Below, piece by piece: positions 11,342 through 21,800 of a stretch of 64,000 nt of DNA. This DNA is from a virus (Duplodnaviria; Caudoviricetes). Position 1 is the first letter of the stretch, and every line of letters starts with the position of its first letter. A program made the position numbers and the translations under genes. The stretch lies in IMG/VR virus record IMGVR_UViG_3300025608_000006. One strand, 5' to 3'. Below the pieces are notes generated by a model. That model was given only the letters and a program-made list of their open reading frames with translations, ran no database searches and was not told the DNA's origin.

Positions 11342-11756
11342 CTTGATCTTCTGGATTTAAATTAGGCTCGTATTGATGTTTTTGACTATCGCCTGGAGCA
11401 ACGCGATAATTATCTTCAACACTATCAGCAGTACTCACTTCGGTAATACTAGAACCTTCTTCTAAACAAATTAACTGATGTGGTTGTAGAGGAGGATTGT
11501 GCCAAACATCGCCTTCTTTTAATACTTTTTCATATAACACTGCATCATTGGTGTCAATCCATCTTACCTTAAACCGTCCATTATTTACAAACCAAGTTTC
11601 GTCCTTTTCCTTGTGGAAATGCATGCTAAATTTTGCATTAGACTTTTCAAAGAACATAATTTTACCACAATACTTGTCGTTAGTGGCCCAAATTAATTCA
11701 TAACCCCATCCTTTAGGCACAACGCCGGTTAGTCTAGTTGGCTCTTCATTTTTCAT
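11334..11756 (-). CDS. Cupin-fold sugar isomerase-like protein
   Basis: VPKGWGYELIW, SMHFHKEKDETW, PHQL cupin metal motif; overlaps both neighbours. Confidence 0.75.
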   Translation of the reverse strand: MKNEEPTRLTGVVPKGWGYELIWATNDKYCGKIMFFEKSNAKFSMHFHKEKDETWFVNNGRFKVRWIDTNDAVLYEKVLKEGDVWHNPPLQPHQLICLEEGSSITEVSTADSVEDNYRVAPGDSQKHQYEPNLNPEDQDD

Positions 11757-12564
11757 TGATGTAATCCTTTATACTAGTCCATTCCATATCTACTACAGAA
11801 TTTAATTTGTCTAAGTTTGCACATGTATACTTTTGATACTGTGATTTTAAATTATCTGGCATCGGTATATATTGTACGTCTGCAGAATATTTTTTAGCAA
11901 TTTCACGACCCACTGTATCGAAACTGGTAACAGCGCCTGTGCCTGCATTGAAAATGCCACTTGTATCTACACCCATCATTTTATCATGTAATCGGCAGAT
12001 ATCTTCTACACAAACAAAATCACGCTTATAGTTTTTGCTATCTTCAAAAAGTTTTACAACTCCATTGTTTATTGCTTGTTGTGTAAATTTAGTGTAAGGA
12101 CTAGCTTGATCGCCTTTGTGTTCTTCATTAGGACCGTATACATTAAAGTAGCGAAACCCTTGAATCGTAATTTGAAATTCGTCAATATACTGATTAATAA
12201 ATCTGTCAAACAAATATTTTGACCATGCATACGGACTTTGGGGCAACAATGACATGTCCTCTGTAAAGTGATCAGTAGGACCATATACGCTTGCACTACT
12301 TGCATATTGAAAATTAGTACCAAAGTTTTCACACACTTGTGCTAATCTTACACTAAACTCAAAATTTTGTTCAAGTATTTGATTTACGTCTGTGTATGTT
12401 GTACTACTGATTGCACCTAAGTGTATGCACCAGTCATAATCTTCTGTACTAGGAAGTATTCCTGGTTCCCATTCCCATCCTTCTACTTCATGACCTTGTG
12501 ATTGTAGATAGTGTGCAATATTCTTTCCAACAAATCCTTCGTGACCTGTTACTAATATTCTCAT
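11746..12564 (-). CDS. hldD: ADP-L-glycero-D-manno-heptose 6-epimerase
   Basis: VTGHEGFVG, HLGAISSTT, YASSASVYG, YAWSK, RYFNVYGPNEEHKG, RDFVCVED, QKYTCAN. Confidence 0.85.
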   Translation of the reverse strand: MRILVTGHEGFVGKNIAHYLQSQGHEVEGWEWEPGILPSTEDYDWCIHLGAISSTTYTDVNQILEQNFEFSVRLAQVCENFGTNFQYASSASVYGPTDHFTEDMSLLPQSPYAWSKYLFDRFINQYIDEFQITIQGFRYFNVYGPNEEHKGDQASPYTKFTQQAINNGVVKLFEDSKNYKRDFVCVEDICRLHDKMMGVDTSGIFNAGTGAVTSFDTVGREIAKKYSADVQYIPMPDNLKSQYQKYTCANLDKLNSVVDMEWTSIKDYINEK

Positions 12565-13700
12565 TTGCTTGCCTCTATAATACTAGTTGTTGAATAACCT
12601 TCTTGTGTTTGTACTAGATGCACATCTGCTAAGTCGTGACCGACAACTTCGTCTACTGTGTAATCGCCGCCTTTAACAATAACATGCGGCTTTATTTCTT
12701 TAATTAATTCGTAAGGTGTATCTTCGTGAAACACAACTACTTGATCTACCCACGGTAATATTTCTAATTGACTGATGCGTTTCATTTGGTTGTTAACAGG
12801 GCGTGTTTCGCCCTTAAGGCGCTTTACACTAGCATCGCTGTTAATGCCTACAATTAGTTTTTCACCCAGTGTTCGTGCTTCTGCTAACAGCTCAAAATGA
12901 CCCTTGTGTAGTATATCAAAAACTCCGTTAGTAAACACTACTCTTTCTTCCAAGTCGCTTACAGCAAGCGTATACGTGCCCGTGTGCTGAACACTTTTGC
13001 GTGAGCCTTTAACTGCTAGTTCAATTGCTTTTTTGTAATCATAATCTTTTGTAAGGGCATAAACAAATGCAGCTAGAAAACAGTCTCCAGCACCAGTTAC
13101 ATCACTAACTTCAACAATGTCAACATCTACTTCGTAAACTTCATTGTCAATCTTAGCAACAACACTTTTGCCTGCTCTTGTTGTAATAATATTACCATGC
13201 CAATTAAGGAAGTATTCTTGAAATTCCTTTTCGTTGGGTTTAACTAACCATGCACCTTCGTAGTTTTCTGCATGTGACTTAGGATCAACAATTACACGGC
13301 ATCCAAATTTATTAAGATGTTCGATAATCTTAATAGACTCGTCTAATACACCTTTGTTGTAATCGCTTAGGATTACATACTCGTATTTGCTAAAGTCGTT
13401 GCGAAGAATTGTGTTGCAAACTTCGACGCCGTCTGCATAGTGATCGTCATCTATACGTGTAACATAGTGACCGTCGCACATAACGCGAGTCTTTACACAT
13501 TTTTTAGATGCATACTCAAACAGCTCAACATCAACACCGAGACTTTTTAAGTTTTCGTAAACAAGTCCTGCACCGCCTGTAGTTTCTACAACACGTTTTT
13601 GTGCTACTACAGGTACAGGCGCTTCGGGACTCAACCGTGTCGATGTTCCGTAAATATATTTGTCAATAATTATATCGCCAATAACTAACACTTTATTCAT
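12561..13700 (-). CDS. hldE: Bifunctional heptose-7-P kinase / heptose-1-P adenylyltransferase
   Basis: VIGDIIIDKY, RLSPEAPVPV, SDYNKG, DVTGAGD (PfkB), FTNGVFDILHKGH, KGGDY. Start reassigned to ATG 13700, 6 nt below TATAAT. Confidence 0.9.
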   Translation of the reverse strand: MNKVLVIGDIIIDKYIYGTSTRLSPEAPVPVVAQKRVVETTGGAGLVYENLKSLGVDVELFEYASKKCVKTRVMCDGHYVTRIDDDHYADGVEVCNTILRNDFSKYEYVILSDYNKGVLDESIKIIEHLNKFGCRVIVDPKSHAENYEGAWLVKPNEKEFQEYFLNWHGNIITTRAGKSVVAKIDNEVYEVDVDIVEVSDVTGAGDCFLAAFVYALTKDYDYKKAIELAVKGSRKSVQHTGTYTLAVSDLEERVVFTNGVFDILHKGHFELLAEARTLGEKLIVGINSDASVKRLKGETRPVNNQMKRISQLEILPWVDQVVVFHEDTPYELIKEIKPHVIVKGGDYTVDEVVGHDLADVHLVQTQEGYSTTSIIEASK

Positions 13701-13706
13701 AACATT

Positions 13707-13735
13707 ATTATACAATTATTTTTCTTAACTGTCAA
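13707..13735 (-). promoter_or_regulatory. Sigma70-type promoter of the heptose operon (probable leaderless mRNA)
   Basis: Minus strand TTGACA (13735-13730), 17 nt, TATAAT (13712-13707), 6 nt, ATG. Confidence 0.75.
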
Positions 13736-14165
13736 GTAAATTAATAGTTTTAAATACAGTTTCTAGTTTAGCTAGATTAATTTTACTTTGGAGTGTATTA
13801 CGCAACCCGTGATGCAAAGGCTTTGGCCACTTAGTGAAACTGCACCATGCATATCCATTGTGTTCGTTGTTTAGTTGAGGAATAAATTCCTCATCCACAA
13901 CACAAAGATATGTGTGAAAATAAAATCTACTATCGTGAGATACAAAACTTTCTAGCGGAAGTGTTTTTTTAATAGACGGCAAGAAGCCAATTTCTTCTTC
14001 TATTTCTCGCCTCAGTCCTTCAAATGGTGTTTCAACGCCCTCATTAGTGCCGCCTACTAATCCCCAAAGATCAGATTTTTTACCATGAGCTCGATGTAGA
14101 AATAAAAATCTATGTGTATCTAATGTATAAAACAGTGCGCCACTGCAAGTAATCATATTGTTCAT
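13725..14165 (-). CDS. NUDIX hydrolase
   Basis: GLVGGTNEGVETPFEGLRREIEEEIG Nudix box; NEHNGYAW. Confidence 0.85.
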   Translation of the reverse strand: MNNMITCSGALFYTLDTHRFLFLHRAHGKKSDLWGLVGGTNEGVETPFEGLRREIEEEIGFLPSIKKTLPLESFVSHDSRFYFHTYLCVVDEEFIPQLNNEHNGYAWCSFTKWPKPLHHGLRNTLQSKINLAKLETVFKTINLLDS

Positions 14166-14173
14166 ACATATAA

Positions 14174-15586
14174 TTAGCCTGCTAGTTCAACTCTCCAGGT
14201 GCCAACTGGATAATCTCCATCGATGCTCAATAGCCAATCACCATTGTTAAATCTGTATTGTACGCCTGTGTTTAAATTTGTAGTGTATGTAACTTCTGTT
14301 GCAGCACTTGCATCAAACACAATGTTCCATGTACTGCCGTCCCACTCAACAATGTCATTAGCACTTGCAACTAGCGCACTAGTGTCTGCGTTTTGCCAAG
14401 CAACTGGGGATTCAGTAGCATCTTCATTGCCTACATCTTCCAAGAGTAGTAATCTTACTCCGTTGGTTTTAATTGAACTAGGATTAAAGTTAGCTGGATT
14501 AATAATGTAATCGATACTAGTACGTCCTGCAATCACAGTATCACTCGGAAAACTATCAGAGTCCCAGTTAATTAATATTTTGCCTTCATCAAACGGACTT
14601 AGTGTAAATGTTCCTGTGACAGTTTTTGAATTGTCTTGACTGGTAAGGTATATTCTACTTACATCAGCAGCATATTGTCCAGGTAACGCTTCAAAAATTT
14701 CTCTCCAATTTTTATTACCAACGGCGCCGTTTGAAAATATTTGAGCACTGTCGCTATTTACAAATACACCGTAGGTATTGTAATTAACATTAGCCATCTC
14801 AGCAGCAGTATCAGATATAGACTTTCTGCCAAATTCATTCTCTGTGATACCAGCTCGCGGCACATCATCATATGCATTCAGCACAGGAGCACTTACTCCT
14901 GATTCAATGTCGCCTAATGTTTCGTCGAACATACTTGTAATAATATTAGTAATAACACCCATCTTGCGTACTTTAGTAGGCGGACTGATATAGATAGGTA
15001 CACTAAATGTAAGAGTAGCAATATCAATTTCGCTGTCGACTCCTACAGGAACACTTCTATTTGACCATGTTACGTTTTCTAAATTAACAACAGTAATACT
15101 GGTCCAGTCGATAAAGTTATCTGTGGTTTGCATTTCCAAACTAGGATTGAACAGAACTAGAATTTGCTCAAGCAACTGTAGCTTTTGATCAGTATTACTA
15201 GTCCATATATCTGCATTAACACGCATCATATACGGAGTTGGAATTAGTCGTTCTACTGTATAGTTTTTGCCCTGCGTATTTAGGTATTCACCTGCTTCAT
15301 CGTCGTATGCACGTTCTCTAATATTTGTTTTACGAGTATATGTTGAATCTGTAAGTCTGTCTTTGTCTAGTTCAAGACCTGTTAAGTAAACAGCAATGCG
15401 TGGCGCACTGGGCAATTTGTTTTCGCTGTTTTCTCTAATAATATTAGCAACTTGACGAGTTAAATCTCCGTAAGTAACCGGAACATCTTTTTGCACACCC
15501 TTTCCGTCTTGTACAGGAAAGTTTGCAAGTATGCGCATCATTTGTGTAAGATATCTTCTTACTTGTCCGTCATAAAAATGTTGCAT
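14174..15586 (-). CDS. Tail sheath stabiliser / tail completion protein (T4 gp15-like) with C-terminal extension
   Basis: HFYDGQVRRY...VPVTYG...PRIAVYLTGLELD...R, PTPYMMRVNADIW, EQILVLFNPS; follows the neck gene. Confidence 0.7.
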   Translation of the reverse strand: MQHFYDGQVRRYLTQMMRILANFPVQDGKGVQKDVPVTYGDLTRQVANIIRENSENKLPSAPRIAVYLTGLELDKDRLTDSTYTRKTNIRERAYDDEAGEYLNTQGKNYTVERLIPTPYMMRVNADIWTSNTDQKLQLLEQILVLFNPSLEMQTTDNFIDWTSITVVNLENVTWSNRSVPVGVDSEIDIATLTFSVPIYISPPTKVRKMGVITNIITSMFDETLGDIESGVSAPVLNAYDDVPRAGITENEFGRKSISDTAAEMANVNYNTYGVFVNSDSAQIFSNGAVGNKNWREIFEALPGQYAADVSRIYLTSQDNSKTVTGTFTLSPFDEGKILINWDSDSFPSDTVIAGRTSIDYIINPANFNPSSIKTNGVRLLLLEDVGNEDATESPVAWQNADTSALVASANDIVEWDGSTWNIVFDASAATEVTYTTNLNTGVQYRFNNGDWLLSIDGDYPVGTWRVELAG

Positions 15587-16746
15587 TAATTATCTGCCTT
15601 GGGTCTAAGAGCTTTACTAAGACTTTGTCTTTCATCAACAGTTTCGCCGTCGATTTCGTTAGTATTAGTATTATTAATAAATGTCGTTTTATAAGTTTGA
15701 CGCTCGAGTGTATTGCTCAGTGTCATTCTAATATCGTCTTGAACTTTAACCCAACGTGATCCGTCATAACGGAACATTCTATTAGGTAAAAAGTCTGTAC
15801 GTAAAAAATAGTCGCCTTCTTCATTGAGTATCGGAAACGATATTCCAAAACCAAACGGTGCTCCATTTGGTGCAGCATCTCCAGTTCCTACTAGGTATCC
15901 AGTATACCCTTCTCGTTCGGGTCTGCTAGTAATTTCATCAACTGTTCTGCCTATATTACTTGCTTCGATGTCAGTATCGTCAGCTGTTTGTAGTGCAACA
16001 CTACCGTCGTCGTTTGTACTTACTGTGTAATAATGACTAATGTCGTATCCGCTTTTTGGAGCATCTGCTTCAGCTTGTGCAACTACGGCATTTGAAATTT
16101 GCATTTCTTTTTCGTATGTTGACAGCATGTCACGTAATGTATCGTCGCTGCCTTCTTCTGCAGGCAAGTCTAATATTTCATTATATTCTTGTCCATCATA
16201 TATTTGTTTTAGTTTTAAGCGATATAAGTGTGGATACCAAGTTTGGCTGAATCCTTCTGCTGCACGGTTAACGTCTTCTACAACATAGAATCTTTTAAGT
16301 GCAACACTATAATCGTTAAGTGCATATTCGTCTTTTAAATGAGGCAATTCGATTACATCGCCACTTATAATTTTTCTGCCCAGTGTTTTAACACTTGAAT
16401 TAATATGTATAGTTAACATAAGTGTGTCATTGCTTAAAAATAAACCAAACGCACTGAGATCGAAGTCTATATCTTGAACATTATAAATTCCGCGAATGTT
16501 ATAAACATCAGGATCGTACTTTCTGTCTCTATTTTCTAAGAACAGTAAGTCTTGTATGTTAGTTTCTGCAACAGCATCGTATGTAGGCTGATCAGCCGTT
16601 CCTTCACCTTCTTCTGGATTTACTGCTCCAAGAAACTTGTGAATATTGATATCAGTGCCGCCAATGGTAAACATCTCTTGGATTTGTTTGTCCAAAAAAT
16701 GATAATCATTACCGCGTTCCGGTTTGTATAATGATAAGCGAGGGAT
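15586..16746 (-). CDS. Neck / head-closure protein (T4 gp14-like); probable ATC start at 16746
   Basis: Frame extends upstream of the TTG at 16695 as IPRLSLYKPERGNDYHFLDKQI, with AGGAG 7 nt before ATC; body DLLFLENRDRKY, GDVIELPHL, WYPHLYR. Confidence 0.7.
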   Translation of the reverse strand: MPRLSLYKPERGNDYHFLDKQIQEMFTIGGTDINIHKFLGAVNPEEGEGTADQPTYDAVAETNIQDLLFLENRDRKYDPDVYNIRGIYNVQDIDFDLSAFGLFLSNDTLMLTIHINSSVKTLGRKIISGDVIELPHLKDEYALNDYSVALKRFYVVEDVNRAAEGFSQTWYPHLYRLKLKQIYDGQEYNEILDLPAEEGSDDTLRDMLSTYEKEMQISNAVVAQAEADAPKSGYDISHYYTVSTNDDGSVALQTADDTDIEASNIGRTVDEITSRPEREGYTGYLVGTGDAAPNGAPFGFGISFPILNEEGDYFLRTDFLPNRMFRYDGSRWVKVQDDIRMTLSNTLERQTYKTTFINNTNTNEIDGETVDERQSLSKALRPKADN

Positions 16747-16770
16747 AGCTCTTCTCCTATTCGTTATATA

Positions 16771-16791
16771 TATTTATCCGACGGATAAATA
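16771..16791. promoter_or_regulatory. Back-to-back late promoters forming a perfect palindrome
   Basis: TATTTATCCG-A-CGGATAAATA, giving one TAAATA on each strand between the divergent neck genes. Confidence 0.75.
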
Positions 16792-16807
16792 CTATTGGAG
16801 AACCAAT

Positions 16808-17566
16808 ATGGCAGATTTAGCGACACAAAAACAAGAAGTATTTGACTATGTAAATGCAATGCTCGGCGGGGGCATGGTTGATGTTGAACTTGACCCGATA
16901 CATTATAATACTGCACTTACAAAGGCGCTAACACGCTTTAGACAACGCAGCGATAACGCAGTCGAAGAAAGCTATATGTTTTTAACTACAGTTGTAGATC
17001 AAAACGAATATGTGTTACCTAATGAAGTTATGGAAGTACGTAAACTATTTCGTAGAAGTATTGGTTCACGTACTGGCGGCGGAGACGGCGGCAGTTTGTT
17101 TGAACCGTTTAACATGGCTTATACAAATACATATTTGTTGTCAGGATCTAAACTTGGCGGACTAGCAACATACGATATGTTTGCGCAACATCAAGAATTA
17201 GTTGGCAGAATGTTTGGTAGCTTTATTGAATTTAATTGGAGTAATACCAGCAAGAAGCTAACACTGCTACAGCGCCCGAGAGCAGAAGAAGGATTATTAC
17301 TTTACTGCTACAACTATCGTCCTGATAGTGAACTATTAAATGACTATCTAGCAGTGCAGTGGATCAAAGATTATACGTTAGCAGCCTGTAAATATATGCT
17401 CGGAGAAGCACGTAGTAAATTTGCTACTATTGCAGGTCCTCAAGGCGGATCAACACTTAACGGCGACACACTAAAAGCTGAAGCACAAGCTGAAATGGAA
17501 AAACTTGAAGTTGAAGTTAGTATGGCTGTACCAGGCGGCACGGGCTATGGATTCTTAATAGGTTAA
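16808..17566 (+). CDS. Neck protein (T4 gp13-like)
   Basis: LGGGMVDVELDPIHY, WIKDYTLAACKYMLGEARSKF, GGSTLNG; GGAG RBS before ATG 16808. Confidence 0.8.
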   Translation: MADLATQKQEVFDYVNAMLGGGMVDVELDPIHYNTALTKALTRFRQRSDNAVEESYMFLTTVVDQNEYVLPNEVMEVRKLFRRSIGSRTGGGDGGSLFEPFNMAYTNTYLLSGSKLGGLATYDMFAQHQELVGRMFGSFIEFNWSNTSKKLTLLQRPRAEEGLLLYCYNYRPDSELLNDYLAVQWIKDYTLAACKYMLGEARSKFATIAGPQGGSTLNGDTLKAEAQAEMEKLEVEVSMAVPGGTGYGFLIG

Positions 17567-17633
17567 AAAACACCCGAGTTTACGCTAACATTTACATATG
17601 CTGTAAATACAATATAACAAAGGAGTTACTATT

Positions 17634-17864
17634 GTGTGCAGTCCGTTTGTAAGAAAAGAAGCCAACCGCTTTTACTGGATAGTAAAAGGTTCATTAATCC
17701 CCCAATCATGGTCCGACAAAGATGTAGAAGGAATATACGATAGCTATATGAAACGCATCTGGGGCAATCACGAAAATTGTGTTCATGAAAAAGGATTCCC
17801 TGCTGCTTGGGCAGAAAGAGAAGCAGAAGAAATAAACCGAGTTGCAGTATTAGGTTACGATTAA
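17634..17864 (+). CDS. Small hypothetical protein
   Basis: TAAATA at 17604 and AAGGAG RBS; 76 aa. Confidence 0.55.
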   Translation: MCSPFVRKEANRFYWIVKGSLIPQSWSDKDVEGIYDSYMKRIWGNHENCVHEKGFPAAWAEREAEEINRVAVLGYD

Positions 17865-17866
17865 GG

Positions 17867-17894
17867 TTGACAAATACATAAGTTCTGTTATAAT
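17867..17894 (+). promoter_or_regulatory. Sigma70-type promoter of the dNMP kinase gene
   Basis: TTGACA-16 nt-TATAAT with extended TG. Confidence 0.7.
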
Positions 17895-17916
17895 AATATA
17901 ATTATAGGAGAACAAT

Positions 17917-18441
17917 ATGAAACTAAAACTGCTAGTTATAGGTCACGGACGTCACGGTAAAGACACTGTATGTGAAATGCTTCGCGACAAATATGGTTAT
18001 AGTTTTGAAAGCAGCAGCAAGTTCTGTAGCAAGTTGTTTATCTATAATGATCTAAAAGACAAGTACGGATACACTGACGAAGAGCAGTGTTATGCAGATA
18101 GACATAACCATCGTCAAGAATGGTATGAAGCTATCTGTGATTACAATGTACCCGATGCAGGTACACTGGGTAGAGAAATATTCAAAGCACATGACATCTA
18201 TTGCGGCTTGCGTAATAAGCGTGAATTCCATGCTATGAAGAATACTGGTGTATTTGACAAAGCTATTTGGGTAGATCGCAGTGATCATCTTCCTCCCGAA
18301 AGCAAAAACTCAATGAGCTTAGAACAGTGGATGGCAGATTATACTATTGACAATAACGGCACACTTGAAGATTTAGAGTTTAACTTGGCTCAACTTATTG
18401 AGCACATTGATCCTTATAGTGTATCAGAAGTCGGGAGTTAA
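17917..18441 (+). CDS. Deoxynucleoside monophosphate kinase-like P-loop protein
   Basis: IGHGRHGKDTV P-loop, GLRNKREF, DYTIDNNGTLEDL. Confidence 0.7.
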   Translation: MKLKLLVIGHGRHGKDTVCEMLRDKYGYSFESSSKFCSKLFIYNDLKDKYGYTDEEQCYADRHNHRQEWYEAICDYNVPDAGTLGREIFKAHDIYCGLRNKREFHAMKNTGVFDKAIWVDRSDHLPPESKNSMSLEQWMADYTIDNNGTLEDLEFNLAQLIEHIDPYSVSEVGS

Positions 18442-18759
18442 ATCTCCTTGCTTCCATTTAACTCCTTCTTTTTGTAAAGTACGCTGACAGTTAGCACATA
18501 TAGTTTTTAGATTATTGTGACGGCAATTATTTAAATCGCCGTCTATATGAAACACATTAAACACTTCTATATGCTTGCTTGAAAAATTACATTTTTCGCA
18601 AGTATTTTTTTTCTCATACCCTCGTTGTTTCCACTTAGGAATTCCGTGTCCTTCACCGTTGCGTAAACAAGTCTCGCATAGTTTACGATAGTAGGTTTTA
18701 TTACCTTTTTTGTAGTTTATTGCTGCTGGACGCTGTTTACACTTGCATAATGGTCTCAT
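18424..18759 (-). CDS. Small zinc-binding HNH endonuclease-like protein
   Basis: CxC..CxxC, CxxC, VFHIDGDLNNCRHNNLKTICANC. Confidence 0.75.
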   Translation of the reverse strand: MRPLCKCKQRPAAINYKKGNKTYYRKLCETCLRNGEGHGIPKWKQRGYEKKNTCEKCNFSSKHIEVFNVFHIDGDLNNCRHNNLKTICANCQRTLQKEGVKWKQGDLTPDF

Positions 18760-18872
18760 ATTGTATTTAGCTCACCTTTTCGGTCCCTTTTTCGGGGTGT
18801 TATAACAGGTGTTTTACTATGAATATAATAAATACTGTATAGAACACACTAACATCCAACAGGAGAAATAAC

Positions 18873-21800
18873 ATGGCATTAGTATCACCAGGCGTAGAGG
18901 TCAATGTAATTGACGAATCATTCTACACCCCAGCAGCAGCTGGAACGGTACCTATGATCTTTGTTGCTACTGCGACTAATAAAACTAAAAGCAGTGGCAC
19001 AGGAACAGCAGCAGGTACAACAAAAGCAAATGCGGGAAGACCTTATTTGATCACCAGTCAGCGTGAGCTTGGTGAAACATTTGGCGACGCATTATTTTAT
19101 AGCGACAACAACGGTAACATGATTCACGGCGGAGAGCTTAACGAATATGGCTTACAGGCTGCATACTCGACACTGGGTGTAAGTAACCGTGCATATGTTG
19201 TTCGTGCAGATTTAGATTTAGCAGAATTAACAGCAAGTGCTACAGCACCAGGCGGAGAGCCAGCAGACGGTGCATACTGGATGGATACATCTACAAGTAA
19301 CTACGGTATCCTTGCATGGAATTCAGCAGAAATTTCAACGTCAGGCGGACAGAGTTTTACTGCACAAGATCCACTTGTTATTACTGTAGTCACAGACTTA
19401 GTCGGAAACACAGAAGGTAATTATCCAAAAGAATCAATTGGTTCAATTGGGCAATATGCAGTAGATGCAAACGACAATATGAATAGACTGTACTTCAAAT
19501 CAGCTGGTAACACAGAAGCAGGCGTCGATGCAGGCGAATGGGTTGAAGTAGGTAGCGATGCATGGAAAAACAGCCACGCAACACTTACTACTGCAAAACT
19601 TTCTACAACAACACTTACACTAGGCGACACACTTACTATCAACGGTTTGACAACTACACCAACAACTGGCACTACAATGGCCGACGTAGTTACTGGTATT
19701 AATGACAGAGCTATAGACGGTATTACTGCTGCACTAGTTGACAATCAGGTAGAAATTTATGCAGATAGTACTGCAATGTCAGATGGTGCAACTGCCGACG
19801 GCAAAATTGCAATTTCTGCAGGCACAGGTGATTTGCTAACAGACTTAGCGTTAACAGCAGGAACATACAGTTCGCCTAGAGTTGCAACAGCACCGCATAC
19901 TAATGTTCCAGAATTTAAAGACAGTGATGACAACCCAGCCCCAACAGGTTCAGTTTGGATCAAAACAACTACTCCAAACGGCGGCGCGAAGCTTAGTATT
20001 AGACAGTATAACGCAGCTACACAGCTATGGTCTTCAGTAACAACACCAATTTATACAACTTCAGAAGGTGCTATCTATGGTCTCGATGCAGCAGGCGGCG
20101 GCGCAAATCTTGCAGCAGGCGCCCTTTATGCTAAAGTGAATACAGAAGAGCTAACAAATCCAATTGTTAACTACAAAGTGTTTACAAGAGCAACTACAGG
20201 CGCAACAACTGTTACTGGTAGTGTTATTTCTAATCAGTTTACTGCGGCTGCCACTTATACATTTACGCTTCAGGAAACTAAAGTAGCATCTAATTCATTA
20301 TCAACTTCGTCTGGAGTTAGTATTACTGCTGCTGGTGACTCATCTGATTCAGAAACAATAGTAGCAGCAATTAACGCACTGGGCATGACAAATGTCGTAG
20401 CACTAGTTGATTCACAAAATAGAATTGTTATTTCTCATAAGCTAGGTGGCGATATTAAGATGATCGATACAGATGGAGGTCTGGCACTAGCAGGATTTGT
20501 TCCAGCTTCGGTTGCTAACCTTTACAATGGTCCAGATAGTGACAATGACGATGCTGCAGATACTGCTGAAGGTATTGTTGCTTCTAACTGGAAACCTTTA
20601 GTTTATACAGCATCAGGCACAGAGCCACTTAACTTACCTGCACAAGGTCAGCTATGGTACAATAGTGTTGTTGACGAAGTTGATCTCCTAGTACACAACG
20701 GCGAAGCTTGGGTAGGACTTGCATATGACGGCGCAAGCGGTTTAAGTGATATTGCTAGCCCATACAGCGGCACAGATCCAGAAGGACCAATTGTTGCTGC
20801 TTCAGAACCTACCAAACAAGCAGATGGTACAACTGATCTAGTTAATGGCGATATTTGGATATCAACTGCAGATATTGAAAACTATCCAGCAATTTACAGA
20901 TATAACGGCACACTAAGTGAGTGGGTATTACTTGATAAAGCAGACCAAACTACTGAAAACGGAGTGTTATTCGCAGATGCACGTCAAGGCGACACTGGTG
21001 GAACAGCAGATGATGCACCAAGTGCGACTATTGCAGAATTAATGCTAAGTGATTATGTAGACACAGACTGTCCAGATCCTGCTCTATATCCAAAAGGTAT
21101 GTTGCTATGGAACCTACGCAAGAGTGGATTTAACGTTAAGCGTTTTGAGCGTAACTATGTAGATACAGCAGAGAAAAACATTCGTCAAGGCGGAGTTGAT
21201 GCTGGCGCTTCAATGGCAGCTTACTATCCACACCGTTGGGTTACTGACTCAGGTAACCAAGCAGACGGTTCGGGTAGCTTCGGACGTCACGCACAGCGTA
21301 AGAGTGTTGTACAAGCATTACAAGCAACTGTTAACAGCAACCAGGATATTCGTGACGAAGAAAGTCGTCAGTTTAACCTAATTGCTACTCCAGGTTATCC
21401 AGAGCTAATTGGCGAAATGATCACACTAAACTATGACAGACGCTTAACAGCATTTGTTATTGGTGATACACCATTCCGTTTAACACCAGATGCAACTTCA
21501 TTAAACGAATGGGCAACTAACGTTAAACTAGCACTTGAAGACAACGACAATGGTGCAGTTAGCTTTGACGAGTACATGGCTATGTATTACGGTTCAGGTT
21601 TCACAAGTGATAATGCAGGAAACAACATTGTTGTTCCACCAAGTCATATGGCACTACGCACTATCGTACTAAATGATCAGGTTGCTTTCCCTTGGTTTGC
21701 GCCAGCAGGCACAAGACGAGGCGGCGTGAGCAACGCTACAAGTTCAGGATATATTACAAGTGAAGGCGAATTTAAGTCTGTAGCACTTAATACTGGACAG

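Noticed and set aside
18424-18759. Mobile homing endonuclease element
   Set aside because: Short HNH with its own late promoter next to the sheath gene; no sign of insertion, so more likely a resident gene.
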